A DNA stretch of 64,000 nt from Geosiphon pyriformis uo1. Its lineage: Eukaryota > Fungi > Glomeromycota. This document shows positions 26,482 through 40,800 of this stretch, piece after piece. Location of the stretch: positions 499,814 through 563,813 of the forward strand of contig JAAOMT010000786.1 in NCBI GenBank assembly GCA_016748015.1. Reading direction: 5' to 3'. Both the position numbers and the translations under genes were made by a program. How positions within the stretch are numbered: the stretch's first letter is position 1; each line of letters opens with the position of its first letter. Below the pieces are notes generated by a model. It ran no database searches and had not been told where the DNA came from. It was given only the letters and a program-made list of their open reading frames with translations.

Positions 26482-28279
26482 TCATTGAGAAAAAAGAGGG
26501 GTAAAAACTGAATTAGCATTGCCTATTTTAGCCAAAAAGCTCATAATTGTAACTGAAAGATTGTTCAATGTTTCCTCCATTTTCAAGATAACTGTAAGAT
26601 CAAAAACCACCACTCTCACAACAGTCTCATCACCAGTGGCCACACCCAAACCCTCACTCATCACTATACCTGCCCTTTGATTCTGTGATGAAAGGGTCAC
26701 CAACAGCTGACATCCAAAGCTAAGCTGGGAAACTGTTGGCTCAGGTATGTCCAACCTCTTAGCCAGCATGTTAACATGCTCTGCAAGGCTGGCGAGACTG
26801 TGCTCAAGAGCAACAAACCTATCATTCTATTCCAAAGACACCAGCAGGGTAGGCTTCATCTCCAAAGAGGAGCCAGCTTTCAACAAAATATTCTGACCAG
26901 AAAAAAGAGGAAAAGAAGACTCATCAACAATTTGTGTTTATAAGACACCACCAAAAAAAACAGAATGAGCAACTAGAGCTGAGTGTTTGGTGTATATAGT
27001 AGCCAGCCTACTTTTATCTAAGTTCAAAAGAGTTTTCTATAATAAAACACTAAAAGAAACAATCTTTTTCCTACCAACAGGACAGACCAATAATATATGA
27101 CCCAATTTTTTACATCCAACATACTTGGCCGAAACAAGACAAGACCAGTGCAGATTGACCCTTTTTAAAACAAACATGGTCTTTATGACAACATTCAATG
27201 ACTCAGCAGAATCAAAACAAACAGTAGCACATCTGGCCCAAGTATAAAAAACTGGGTTACAATCAATTACACAAGTTTTTCTACCCACTAAAGCAACATA
27301 ATTCCAAATATTATGTGTATTAGTTTTCATTGGCAAAGTGTACAAAAAAGCTTTGTAAACATCCCATGCATCTCATAATTCTTTGTTCATGTCAGATTTA
27401 GCAACATGTACTATATCTTTCCTAATCAGAATAGACCACTTTGCTACAACCAAATCAGCATGATTAATCTGTTTAAATTCAACCACTGCTTTTTGCCACA
27501 CTCCCACCAACTGTATCTTGATCAACTTAATTAATCTGAACTTAGATAGTGCAGTGTGCACAGCCTCTGTTGATGTTTCAATTGGAATTTCTTTCAACAC
27601 CACAGCCCGATTTGAATGTCCAAATGATTTCTTGAGATCAGTGTTTACCAAGATTTTTGCTTCTTCAGCCTTTTTTGAAGTCTGCACCAAACTCAATTCA
27701 GAAGTGAATGTCACTTTGATAATCCCAGCAAATCTTGAGGGAGTAAAGGCCTCCTCCAAAACCATTGACTTTTGAAAATAATTTCCTGACCACAGCCAGT
27801 TTTTTCTGAGACAATTTTTCAGTAATCTTATCTAAACCAATATTTAAAGCAAAAGATTTGCGAACAGAAATGTTGACCAAATTCTTAACAGATGGAGGGA
27901 GTTCCAGTAGAGTATCCAAAAGGACATCATTGTCATTGTCATTCAATAAAAAATTAATCTTTCCCAGTGGTTTGCTTAACATCTTTGTAGTTCTGATTTT
28001 TGAACCAGTGGGTGTTTGATTAGGATTACCTACAACAAAAGCACTACCTTTACCATAATTGAAACTGGTTTCCTCAACCAAGCATTTTTTCTCCATGTCA
28101 ATACTTTCAGACTCAGTGGTGTCACCAGTCTCAGAACCTCATGAATGACTATTTTAAATTATAGGACCAATATTTTCACCACCAGAACCATTTTCTAAAA
28201 TGCCACTTCTTTTTTTTTTTCTTGGAAGAACAGATCTAAAGCCATCATTAAAACCAGAATCTTTGGTAGTCTTCTTCAT
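26482..28279 (-). pseudogene. LINE B ORF1, disrupted
   Basis: MEKKCLVEETSFNYG, VVLKEIPIETSTEAV and YTLPMKTNTHNIW match ORF1 of LINEs A and F. Confidence 0.85.
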
Positions 28280-29862
28280 AACAGCAATACTACAGCCAAT
28301 GGTAGTTTTGTAGTCAAGAATAAAGGGTTTAAATTTATTGTATTGAATTGTAAAAAAAAACTTTTTTCAAAAACTTTTAACTCTTTTTTAGGAATTTGGG
28401 ATGAAAAAAAAAAGAAGTTTTTTTTAATTAAAACTAATTAATAAGTCAAATTAATATTTAAAACATATATAACTTAAAATAAAAATACATATTATTATTA
28501 ATTAATAAATTTTAATTTAATTCAAAAATTTTAATTTAATTCAAAAATTGCCAAAAACATTTATAATTTTTTAATATTATTTATAGTAATAATAATAAAA
28601 ATATAATAATTAAATACAGTAATTACAAAAAATTTGTAATTTTAAAAGTAATTTAACAAACTTACAATCTAATTATTTAACTAAATTAAATATAAAAAAA
28701 TCTTGGTAAACTAAAAAGTATTAATAAAAATTAAAAATAAATATATATAATTTAATAACAACAGACTTTGTTATATTCTAAGATTTTTACACTTTCTTAT
28801 TTATGTAATTTAATATTTTAAATTTATAATTACTATTTGAAAATAATTATTAAAAAATATAATCAATTAATCTATATCTAATTATATTAATTATAATTAT
28901 AATTAGTATTAATAATATATAATTATAATTCTAAATCTAATCATCTAACTTTAATTATCTAAATTATTAATTTTTAGAAAAATAATATGTCAAGTAAGCT
29001 AATAATTAAATTAATTAATATACTTAAAATAGGCTTAATATAATAAATAAATCTTATATAATTTAGTCATATATATAATTTTTTATAAACTAAAAAAAGT
29101 ATTAATTTTATATTAAACTAATTTTTCTTTATAGCTTTATAGTAAACAATTAAATATTTTCTGCATATGTCTTTTTTTTTTTAAGCTTTAAATATTTTTT
29201 ATCAATATTTAAAATATTTTATGTATTTATTATTATTTTTTTAAATTTTTTATTACTTTTTAATCTTCTAATACATATTATCAATATTTTATATTATGTT
29301 TTATTTTATCAAATAAGTTGTTAGTTTTATTATCTGATTTTATTTTCATCATAATATTAATTAAGTAATAAAAAATATTATGTTGTTAAAAATTAAGTTT
29401 TAATAATAATATTTTAATTAATTAAATATTTTATTTATGTTTTTTTTTATGAACTTCTTTTTAATTTTTACTTTCAAAATAGGCTTTTAAATATCACATT
29501 TTTTTGATAACTACTTAAAAAAATTTTGATTATGCTTTGGTTAAATAATTTGTTTTTTAGTTTTGATTTACTTCTTATATTTTAAATGTGAATTTAATTA
29601 TTTTTTCTTATAAAACTTTTATTAAAACTGGTTTTTGTTTAAAAATAAATAGCAATAACAATTGTTTTTTTTTGTTTTTTTACTTTTCTAAATACTAAAA
29701 TAATTTATATAATTATGTATATATTATAATTTTTTTTATTCATTTTAATGAGTGCAGCCTAACCACTATTTAGCATACAGAAATAAAGCAAAATATCCCA
29801 AACTAAACATGGCTCATGCACTTACTACATGTGACTGACCACTTAGGCCCATTAAGGCAACA

Positions 29863-32800
29863 CTATATACTCACCAGAACCCTCTTACCATCATCCAAAC
29901 TAGAAAAGAACAAACAATGCTTACGTGAACCGAAACTGACAGCAAAAAACTCCACCATACCTAGCATGTAAACAACATTATCAGATAGCAACCTGGGCAG
30001 ACCTCATGGCAAAGCAAAATTTCCACCATCATTGCAAACCAGACCAACCTTTTCTATACCAACCCTAAACTTAGATCTCAACAGCCACAAATAATCACAA
30101 TGGTCATCTACAAGATAACAAACAAACTTGACAACAATCAACCAGGCCTTCTTCCCGTTACCAAAAATAGAAACAGTTTTACCAATCCAATCTCGAAAAA
30201 CAAAACTCTTGCACAAAACAGCATATATACTGACATCTAAAGCATTCGCAAGTATGTTTAGTACTGAGAATGATGCAAGAAGATGAACACCCACCAAAGA
30301 TTTCTACAATTCAATATGATCAGCCATGACCTCTGAATGTAAAAGAAAATTTACAGAACACATAAAAACATGATCAAAGAATTTGATGTTACCACACATC
30401 AGACACAAAACACTCGGATAACCAATGTTATACAATCTCTTACAGACGGCCACTGGCAACCTACTGTGAACAGCTTTTATTAAATAGGTGTGCAGGGCAG
30501 CTAACTTTCTGCTAGTAAAATCTGCCAGCATATGAGAATCCAGATGCCAAACAGAAGCAGTACACTCCCAATCAATGCAATAAAGAAAAGAGCTAAACAA
30601 AACATTTGCACCAAGACCAGCTTCCCACAAAACATGACACACAGTTCTGCAAACATTATGGATAAAATGCTGAGCATTACCAGAAACCACTAGACCATCT
30701 GCCACAAAAAACCTATCATGAATCTCAACCAGAAGAAACAAGCTATATCAAAATGCAGCAGAGGCCATGGCATCAGCCCAATCATTGCTGAACACTCCAG
30801 AATGTTCCTTTACCTTAACTCACCTTACAATAACATCCTTAGATTTAATCAAATTAGCAATATGCTATCATTCCACTCAGCATCTGTTGTGAAAGTCAGG
30901 TTGATCCAACTTATATTCAGACACACATGCATCCAAAGTTGCTTGACTATTAGAATGAATAATTACAGAGCAGGATGAAAGAACACACTCCAAAGCCACA
31001 GCAATTGCTTGCAATTCTGCCAGTGTAGAAGACAACAAACCCTGAACTCTAACACTAACACCCATATCAATCTCAGAGAAATAAACAGCTGCCCCACAAG
31101 CCACATCTAAAGTATCTAGGCCACTTAACAAGCCATCAATAAAAATATTCAACTCTCCTGCCCAGACCTCGTGCAGGCACTCACAAACAACCAAGAAATC
31201 ACTTAAACAGAAGAAACCAGAACTATTTAACACTTCACTATTGTTTGAATCTACTAAACTACTATACATGTACACAGAAGTCTTACTAAACTAAACTGGT
31301 ATTGGACCCCTAGGACTCAGCCTCTTCTAGCAACAAAAAGTCTTCCAATCCATGATTTGACCCTGCTTAGTCAGCAAACAGTTACCAAAAACAATGCCAA
31401 AGTGTTTCAATGAGTGGACCACATCAAAATAGCATAAAGCATTCAAAATATCAGACATTGGGAAATGTCCAGACTTACGAAATGCACAAAATAATTTGTT
31501 ATCCAAGAAAACACCTGTATTCAAGAAGATCCTCACAACCCCAGCCAAAAAATTGTTCAGCAGGCAAACTCTCAACTTAACCAAATGGCACAAGGGATTT
31601 AAAGGAGTCCAACTCAAAACTTGCAAGTCCAAAGCACAATGTTCAAACATATGACCAAAAATTCCAAGAGCATTGGAGAAACCAATCACCAAAACAACCT
31701 TGGCTTCAGCTTGCACTTGTTCAAAAGGCTTCAAGCCATATAGAAACAGATGATACAACACCTTGCTGGGGAAATCTTTTGGCAAAAACACCTTGGCTCT
31801 AAGTCCCTTTCTGATCATAATATTCCACTTTTGACACACACTTTTAGCAACAAAACTGAATTGCATATGATAATATATAATAGGCTGAAGAACTGCCAAA
31901 ACCAGGTAAGAAAATTGCTTATCTAATACCACCTTTCTAAAAACCAAATTAGAAAAGAACTTAACATCTGTATGTGCCTTGGCAAGACTTGGTTTCAAAA
32001 AACCTTTTGTAGACAAAAAGATACTAAGATACCTATGAGATTTACACTTTTTTGCAATAGAGATGGGTTGGTTACTAATATACAAGGAGGCATCTTTCAT
32101 TTTCTGATTGATAAGAATTGCCACAGTTTTGTCATTGTTAATAGAAATATCATTTATATCAAAAAATTCACTTGCTATATCCAGAATATACTGTGTTAAG
32201 GTCTGATTATTACCAACCCAGATCATATCATCAACAAAAGCACCTGCAGCAAAAAAGGATAACATATCACCATTAGATTTAACTCTGCCAGACTTCACCA
32301 CAAAACTTGAATTGATTCTGTAGCTGCACAAATATTCTTGTCTCTTGACCTCGCACAAAAAAGGATCATAAAAAATCCTCCAGAGAAGTAGAGAAAACAC
32401 CTCACTCTGATCCAAACTATTGTGAACAATGTAACTATTTGACAAACCAAAATCAGTCATAATTCTATTAATTCTATTCTCATAAATATTTCCAAAAAAC
32501 TCAATGAATCTGCTGCACATCTTGATGCACTTCAAACTGGATCTCAAATAGTGCCACCCAACTGAATCATAAGCTTTACGTATATTCTGTAGAACCAGCC
32601 AAATTTCCCAGCCCTTTTCCAAAGCATTTTCTACAATCAAACCAATGACAAACACTGGGGATTGAATTAAAGTACCCCTTAGAACTGAAAAATTGTCACC
32701 ACAAAAAATGTCAAACTCACTGTAGACCAAGGAGATCTGATCTGATAAAATTTTGGATAAGATTTTTCTTATCATTTCAATTAAGACAATCGGCCTGGTG

Positions 32801-34542
32801 TTAGTCAGAATGCCATCCCATTCATAGGGCTTAGGAATTATAAAAACCTATGCTCTCTTTCACAAACCAGGTACATTACCAGCTCTCAAACAAGAATTCA
32901 GTAAATCAAGAAGACAAGTCAACACATCAGCACCACTGTGCTTTTACAACTCATTAGTAATACCAGAAAGACCAGCAGCTTTGTTATTGGACAGTCCACA
33001 GATAACCAGAGACAATTCATTCAAGCTAATATTACTCATTACACCTGAGAAAACATTATTATTCACATGATTTAAAGAGGCATACTGATGAGCCCACAGA
33101 CCAAAGAGAGCTAAAAAAATCCTCTGCCTACAGATCCAGCCCACCATAATTTCATCCACCCTAGACTAAACCTCCATGGGGTCCAAAATCAACTCATCAT
33201 CAACTACCAAATGATCCAATACAACTTTGCAAAAAAGATACTCCAAGACACTTCTAATTATCTCACCTTTATTAGAATTAAAATTCTCTATATGTTTGTC
33301 TATCACGTCTTTAATGTGTTTACATCTAGCCAACTCAGCCTCATAGTATTTGGATTTCCGATAACATTTCTTGACCTTTGACAAAAGACTGCACAGCTCA
33401 TTTAACTTCAAACTATTTTCAAGCAAAGTAGCAAACTCTGAGGCATTGACAACATCAAGAACTGACCAAGCCCAAACAAAACACTCCACCTCCACCAACC
33501 TATCTGAACATAAACTCTTTGTAATCTTGGCAACCAAAAATTTTAGCTTAAAAAACTTTGAAGATTGTTTGTTTTTAGGACCATCAAATTCACAGAACCA
33601 ATATTTGGAGAAAGTCTTATCAGTTAAGTTGCAAACAGCATTTCTCAATACCTTCTACATTCCATCCAAATTCCCTCCTTTTTTTGAGACCAAAAAAGTA
33701 TCTGAAAGCTCAGACAACCTAACCGAAAAGCGATCTCTAAAGCAATCCCATTTGGTAGTATCTATGTCTTTAATCTTATACTTCCAGTGGTCTTTATTAG
33801 TTTGCTTGTAAATACCATTCAGATGAGCATCAACCAAGCCCCCCAACCCAACCAAGATACCAACCATATTATGATTGGTGTCAAAAAATTCAGACACAGA
33901 GGCAACACTACAGCCAACAACAGCTGAAGACAGAACCTCACTTACAAAAACATAATCAATAGTTTTTTCAACTCCCCAAGAATTTCTCCAAGTAGATGAC
34001 TTATCCAGAGGATGACCACTCAATGAGTTAACCAACCCCAAATCCAAACACTTCCTAAAACTAGCACACCTTCTAGCACTGTTTTCATTGAAATCTCTAC
34101 CAATGACCACAAAAGAACTACAATTAACCCCCTTAGAGATAAGTGAGTTAACACTGAGAGCTTGAGCAAAACATGTTTTGGCAGAAACACCAGCATATAA
34201 ATCCAGAAAAGTAACTGAAAGCTTATTTTTAAACAATAAACAAACAGAGATAACCTGACCAAGAACCTCCTTAACCTTTGAAACATGCTGAGCTAAGAAA
34301 CCATCTATGACCACAGCCACACCCATACCAAGAAAACCCTCTTCCAAACCAGACGTAAAAATTCTAACACTCTCAAACTTGTTTTTAATCCAAGAACCAG
34401 CACTCACTCTTAACTTAGTCTTAGTGAAAAAGGAAACCATGTTACTAGATTCTAGATGCCAACGAACAATGTTCTTTTGTTTCTCCAAATTAATCATGTC
34501 CCTGATGTTACAAGTAGTTACCTTCCAAACTAGACCATTTAT
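29863..34542 (-). pseudogene. LINE C ORF2 (APE-RT-RNase H-zinc finger), disrupted
   Basis: WKVTTCNIR, GRDFN, IDYVF, LQNIRKAYDSVGW, AAGAFVDDMIW, FIDG, AELQAIAVALE, CLMC...DHVFMC. Confidence 0.9.
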
Positions 34543-36484
34543 AGGAAGGAAGAAAGCAATGACAAACCCAAATCAGAACACAAAAGATTCAACTTAGCCA
34601 AGACAGAACCAACTGACACCTCCAGAGCCAACATCTTAGATTCCAAACCACCCACTTTGGAAGTCAGAATCTTTGAACTGCTTGAACTGAAACCAACAAC
34701 CAATTCACCAACATTTGGAAGAGGGAAAGAGGATAATGCCAACATGTCATCCAAAGCCATATTTGAATTCAAAATAGGAGCCACAGGCACAAAAACAGCC
34801 AGAGATGAAGCACAAGAAGGAGATGTCAAGAGCACCAACTTAATAAAACTCAACTTTCTTAGAATACCAGAAATCTGGTCAGACAAGATTTTCAAAGAGC
34901 ATTCTAGAGAAGCCAAATAATTATTCAATTTAGAGACAACAAGAGAAATGGAAGCCAAAGGAAGGGAATTCACACCCGAAACTGAACCAACACTAGGAGC
35001 AGCCAAAGAAACCACATGGAGTGAGGAGCTACCAGCAATCTGGGCCCAAATTTTCTCACCAAAAGAGACAGGACGTGCAATAGAAGCCTGCTTTTTTTTA
35101 TAAATATCAGCCAAATAAACCTGATTCTAATCAGTTACCACCCGTTTTCCACAAACCCCAGAATTTCTACTAACCAAATACACATCAGAAATATGACCAA
35201 ATTGTTTACATTTGGTACAACACACCAATGAAAAACTAGCCCAGTACAAACTAACATTCTTGAAAACTAAAACAGAACCAATAGCAGCCAACTTGGATGT
35301 TTCATCCTCAAAACAAATGACAGCACACCTGTTTCACACATATGACATAGGATTATGACTGATAAAACAGGTTTTCTCACCATATGCCCTCACCAAACCA
35401 GAAAAATCATGAGCTGTGATGCTAACTGAAAGAGTATAAAGCAAAGCTTGATGCTGATCTCTAAATACTCACACTTGTTTGTCCTCATTTGCCAAAGCCA
35501 CATGCACAGAATTTTTTTCCATGAACACTGATCATTTAGAAGCAACCAGATTGGCTATCTTAGATAACTCAAACTCCACCAGAGCTTTCTGCCAAAGTCC
35601 AATCAACTGCATTTTAATCAAAATAATCTTGCCAAATTTGGAGAAGACCAATTCCACTGCTGATCTGGGAAGATCTACTGGGATTTCCTTAACAATCACC
35701 TCCCAATTTGACTGACTGTTTATCTTTTTAAAATCATTATTAATAAGAATTTTATTATTAATCACCAGCACTTTAGCCTTATTCAAACTGAATTCTGACG
35801 TAAAAGATGATCTGATAATTCCAGGAAACTTTGAGGGAGTGAAAGCACCTCTAAAACCATCCACTTGATAGAAAATTTTTTTTATTGAAATTAATTTATT
35901 CCCAACTAATTTGCCAAGCACTGTAGAAAGCTCAATATCAAGTGCAAAAAATTTCGTCAAATTAAAATACCACATTCTCAGGGCATGTGATTCGAGCAGC
36001 AATAAATGATTAAACCTGATATCTACATGAAAAGAAAGTTCCAGCATAACATTGTTGTTACTCATACTTTCAAAAAAAGTTGTTTCAGTGGGTTGTCTAG
36101 CATGTACATCCGAGTATGAGTTTTTTTCGGCATGTCATTATCTATGTTGTTGTCCTCACCTGATTCCACATAACTGGTTTCCTTGGCCACTGTGTTTACC
36201 ATGTTTTCTACATCCAAGAGATTACTCACACTGTCAACAATACTGCCAATTTTGCTTCCCCAGAACACACCAGACTTGACACCAGTACCACCAATATTTT
36301 CCACACTTAACAGACCAACAGACAAGTCAATTACATTACTGGTAACAGGCTTCTTTGGCTTTTTATAGGACGCATTATGCAAGTAAACCGTATTTACACA
36401 CTTACTTTTCACACTTTGGCAGGTCCCCAAACCAGCCGAAATCAAACCCGAGCCACCAGCAGAAGAGCCCACTGGTTCTATCAT
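34539..36484 (-). pseudogene. LINE C ORF1, disrupted
   Basis: FALDIELS, GAFTPSKFPGIIRSSFTSE and KEIPVDLPRSAVELVFSKFGKI are homologous to the other ORF1s, with different N- and C-termini. Confidence 0.85.
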
Positions 36485-36979
36485 GACAAACAGAAGTAAA
36501 GTAGAAGAAATAATTAATAGAGACTAGAGAAAAAAAAGAAAGAAAAGCTACTTCTTCAAAGTTATCAATGCTCTTATCATGGTCAGAGGATCGACAAGAG
36601 AAAGATTTTTTTTAATATTTTTATTATAATTAATAATATATATAGTTATATATATTACTAAAAAAAATATTATTATTGCTAAAAAAGTTTTTAAAACCAT
36701 GTTTTTTTCTCAATAATATTGTATAATAATATTTAAAAAAAATCTAAAATATAAATTTTATATAAAAAAGTTTAATATTGTTTTTGGTAATTAATTTTAT
36801 ATTAAAAAAATTATACAAAAAATAAAAAACATTTTAAAATAATTCATTTTAAAATAAATCATTTTAATTTTGATAATTTTACCAAATACCAAAATAAAAA
36901 CTATCTACTAAAAATTTTTAACAATTTATAAAAGTTTTTTTAAATTTACTAAAATTAGTAATAAATAATTTAATCATAT

Positions 36980-37807
36980 TGTTACTCATAGAATATAGGA
37001 AGTATATTAGCATATAAATTAGCCAATCAGAAGTAACCATAGTAAATGTGGAATTTCAGAATTCCTCCCAGAAAAATTGCAGAATTCCAGGAATTTTAAA
37101 ATTCTCGTACAAAAAATTGCAGGATTCCAGAATTCCAGGATTACTCTTAAAGAAATTACAGGATTTCAAGAATTCCAGAATTTTTGGTAAGAAGAATTAA
37201 GGAATTGAGGAATTTCAATTATGTATATATAGTGGTAGCATTAGAAATAAAAAAGACAGACTTCAAAGTTTAGATTTGATCTAAGCAATCTTCCATTCAC
37301 AAATATCAATAAATAATTATTCTCTATCTCAAATCTACTCTCCACTATCAATATGAAGTGTTGATATTAATTGATACTTAAACACACTGGAACAATAGCT
37401 CTTGATTATGGCTATTGACAGAATACTAACTATTATTGTCTTGGCTTATTTCTTCTTTCTTATTTCTTTTATTTTTATTTTTATTTTTTGTTATTATTTA
37501 CTAATTGATTAAAAGATTAAGTGCTAGAATACAGATGTCATAGAGATTGGTAAAAAATCTGTAAAACAAGGGTAAAACATTCATAAATTTGAGAATAGCT
37601 TACCAGGAAGATTACTGGCCACCATGCTAAGAAAGAAATTTGATGGAATTGCGATTCCGAAAGGCTACTGAAACAACAATTGAATCTCTGTCCATTATAC
37701 AAAAAACTTCACAACAAAATCTTCAGATACCAATGCCAAAACATCAATTAAGCACCAAGTTACAGGTTTGTTATTGGCTTAGAGATTTGAAATAATTATT
37801 TGTAATA
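36980..37807 (+). repeat. 5' LTR (828 bp)
   Basis: TGTTAC...TGTAATA (eroded TGTAACA). Direct repeat of 46050-46895. CCAAT near 37023 and TATATATA near 37224. Confidence 0.93.
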
Positions 37808-37809
37808 TT

Positions 37810-37825
37810 TGGTGCTCTCTATGAG
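37810..37825 (+). promoter_or_regulatory. Primer-binding site
   Basis: TGGTGCTCTCTATGAG lies 2 nt after the LTR. It is complementary to a tRNA ending ...GAGCA-CCA, possibly elongator Met or Ile(UAU); the identity is uncertain. Confidence 0.75.
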
Positions 37826-37829
37826 ATAT

Positions 37830-40800
37830 AATCTTACAGAGAACCAGCACCAACAACAATCATCTAAAAGTGGTAGAATCAGAAATCATAAGAGCAAACT
37901 ATTTAGAATTTGCCAAATCTTTGTTTCAATAGTACAGCCAACAATTAGGATTAAACAATAACTATTTCTCAGCAGAATCAACTTTTAACTTCTACATCAA
38001 TGATAAAATCACGGACTGCTTAGGAAAAACAGTTAACATTGAATTTGCAAAAGAGAATTTCTATACAGAATTGTTTTAACATACCAGCCTACCAAGAAAC
38101 TACAGTTTTGCACCAATCATTAGGGAAATCAATCAAACTATTGAAAGGTATACTCAACAACAATTTTCCATCATTTATGCAGACAAAAGCAAGAGAAGAT
38201 TGCAAACACCAGCAGTAACACCAAAACAGATACAACCATCCTCTTGGAAGAAAACCAGAGTTGAATTATCAACCAATCTATTATATCATTATACACCAGG
38301 AAGTGCTATCAATATTTTTTTAGCAGATGCATCTACATCAAACATGACATCAACATTTGAATAACTTTCATTTCAAAGTAAACAAAAGAAAGCAGAATTA
38401 CTAGAAACTTATAATGATTACTTTAAAGAATTTAAATTACAATTGCCAATACTATTAAGATTCTGATTACTGCCACCTCAACCAGATTTTGGAAATACAA
38501 GTCCCTGGAAAATAATGGCATCAGAAAAAAAGGAAGAAGAGGATCAAAAATTAAATATCAAAATCCAATCACAGAAAATCCAGAAATTGAAACTCCGAAT
38601 ATTCAAACCCAGCAAACTCCAAATAATCTGAACTCTGAGTTAATTAATCAGAAAAACTTATCTCTAAGAATTATTATTAATTAACAACCAATTAATTCAA
38701 TTGCTAAACAACTTCAACAGCTGCCAATATTACCTCAACCATTACTCTTTCAACCACCACAACAACCAAACATGGATCCAATAGCCTACATTCCAATAGC
38801 AAAACTCAAGAAATTCATAGGCAAAGAGGACAATTCACAAGTGTAGCTAAACAACATGGAAAAAGCCATCACAGCCAACAGATGAAATAATGCCAGAGCA
38901 CTCCAAGCCATTCCTTATTTCTTACAGAATACTGCTAACTTGTGGTATTAAAGTTTAGCCACCAAACCTCAAACATTTCAGGAATTTAAAATTGCATTCT
39001 TGAAATATTTTAGTAATAATAACAGTATTAATTGTCTAGCCAATACCTTCATCACAATCAAACAAGGAGAAACTAAAACAGTTACCACTTACTTGAAATA
39101 TTTTCACAGGAACTTATGCCAAATTCAAGCAATCCAAGCTGACTATTTTACAGTGCCACAGATTCTAAACCAGTTCATCCATGAACTGTGCAGTAGTATT
39201 CTCCAATGTGTATGCCCAATGCACTCACAAACTTTCCAAGATACAGTTATCAATGCATGGGATTTCGAATTTGCCAAACTTGAAGCTAATTATGCTCAAG
39301 CTGTTAATCTAGTGATAAATGGATCATCTGAATTGAATTCTAAGTTGAAACAATTCAGTGATTCTATTGACAAAAAATTAGAAAAGTATTTAACTAACAA
39401 TCAGACAGTTTATCAACCTCCACAATAATGCAATAATCAAGAAAACGTGAATTGTTTCTAGAATCAGTCGCATTTATCATCCTTGACCAATCAACAGTGG
39501 CAGCAGGAGATGCATGTTTGCCACTACTGTGGTAAACAAGAACATTTGAGAATTGACTGTAGGTTAAAAATAGAAAACCAATGATCAGAAAACCAATATT
39601 GAAACCCCAATCACAGGTTTTAAGTTTTGAATCAATATTCAAATCAGAATTAACATTCACTTTATTATACCCAAATAATGCAACAACTAATTTATCAACC
39701 ACCTGTATATCAAGCTCTAATTTATCAGTCGACAACACCCGTCATATATTAATTACAGTCCCAACCTATCTATTAGCCACAGTCTCAAGTAATATATTAA
39801 CCCCAACCAGTTTCAACATCATCAGCTCAGATAACATCAGAAAATCTCAGATTAAGGATCACTCAAAACTCGCAATCAGCAATGGTTGTCTACCAACCAA
39901 TTTTCAGCTCCTCCAACCAGTCATTGAAATTATGCCAGCAGAGTTTAAGAACTGGGTACACCCAAAACCTGAGTTCCCAGAACTATTTAAGTCTCCTGAT
40001 AACTCCAGAAGATGCCATATCTCACAACTTAGAAACCAAACAAACACAACTACTTACCACTAACAATATCCTACCAGCTACTATCATGGAAGATGAGTTA
40101 CTCACAGCTATATTTTCCTTCAAAATTGAAGAACTGTCAGAAATTCCTTTGTTCAGTGGAGCTGCACTTGAGGAAAAACCTATCATGACAATGTATACTA
40201 ACACCAAAATCAATGAACAGGCCATTAAATTGATCCTAAATAGTAAATCAGCAAATAATATCATTACATAACAACTTATGGACCAATTAGGTCACTGAGT
40301 TGATTACACTACCAGTGCCAAAATAATAACAGCTAATGGAATGACCAAAACTCCTATCAGTGAAATTGATAATTTTCCCTTTGAAGTAAATGGTATTATT
40401 ACACCAATCAAAGTTTTAGTAATAGAAGCTATGCAGTACTAAGTATTAGTTAGTAATAACTGGTTAGTCAAAACAAATGCCGTGCTCAACTAGAACATGT
40501 AGGAACTACAGCTTAACCAAAACGGCTAACATATATGAGTATCTGCCACATGTGGTCATTTCAAGACTACTAACATGCCAGCATCATTCATTGAATTTGA
40601 GGAAGAAAAGAAAAAACCTATCTGAAAAGCCTATTAAGTGTTATGAACTGAAGGCAACCACAACAAGTTATCACCAATACCCTCCTGGAACAACAATAGA
40701 AAAAAAAAACAAAAAGAAAAACTTACTTGGAATGCTGACCAAGCCTGAGGAACCGACAATGACCAAGAAAAGCTAATAAATTGGGAGTGGAAAAAAAATA

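Larger units (their letters stand above)
20922..26485 (-). pseudogene. LINE B ORF2 (APE-RT-RNase H-zinc finger), disrupted
   Basis: MSDRIWKVATCNVR, GGDFN, IETARKILSKI, AGAFVNN, FTDG, AELQAIALAL, WVKVRGHSGVLGNEHAN, CLFC...NHVFSC. Confidence 0.9.
20793..28418 (-). mobile_element. LINE B: full-length L1-like element (type-2 tail), tail-to-tail with LINE A, interrupted by a solo LTR
   Basis: T-run from 20793, tail 20805-20921, ORF2 26485-20922, ORF1 28279-26482. The 5' end is nearly identical to that of LINE A. Confidence 0.92.
29730..36606 (-). mobile_element. LINE C: full-length L1-like element of a different ORF1 subfamily (type-1 tail)
   Basis: T-run 29730-29737, tail 29745-29862, ORF2 34542-29863, ORF1 36484-34539 starting MIEPVGSSAGGSG. 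The 5' UTR is distinct and T/C-rich. Confidence 0.9.
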
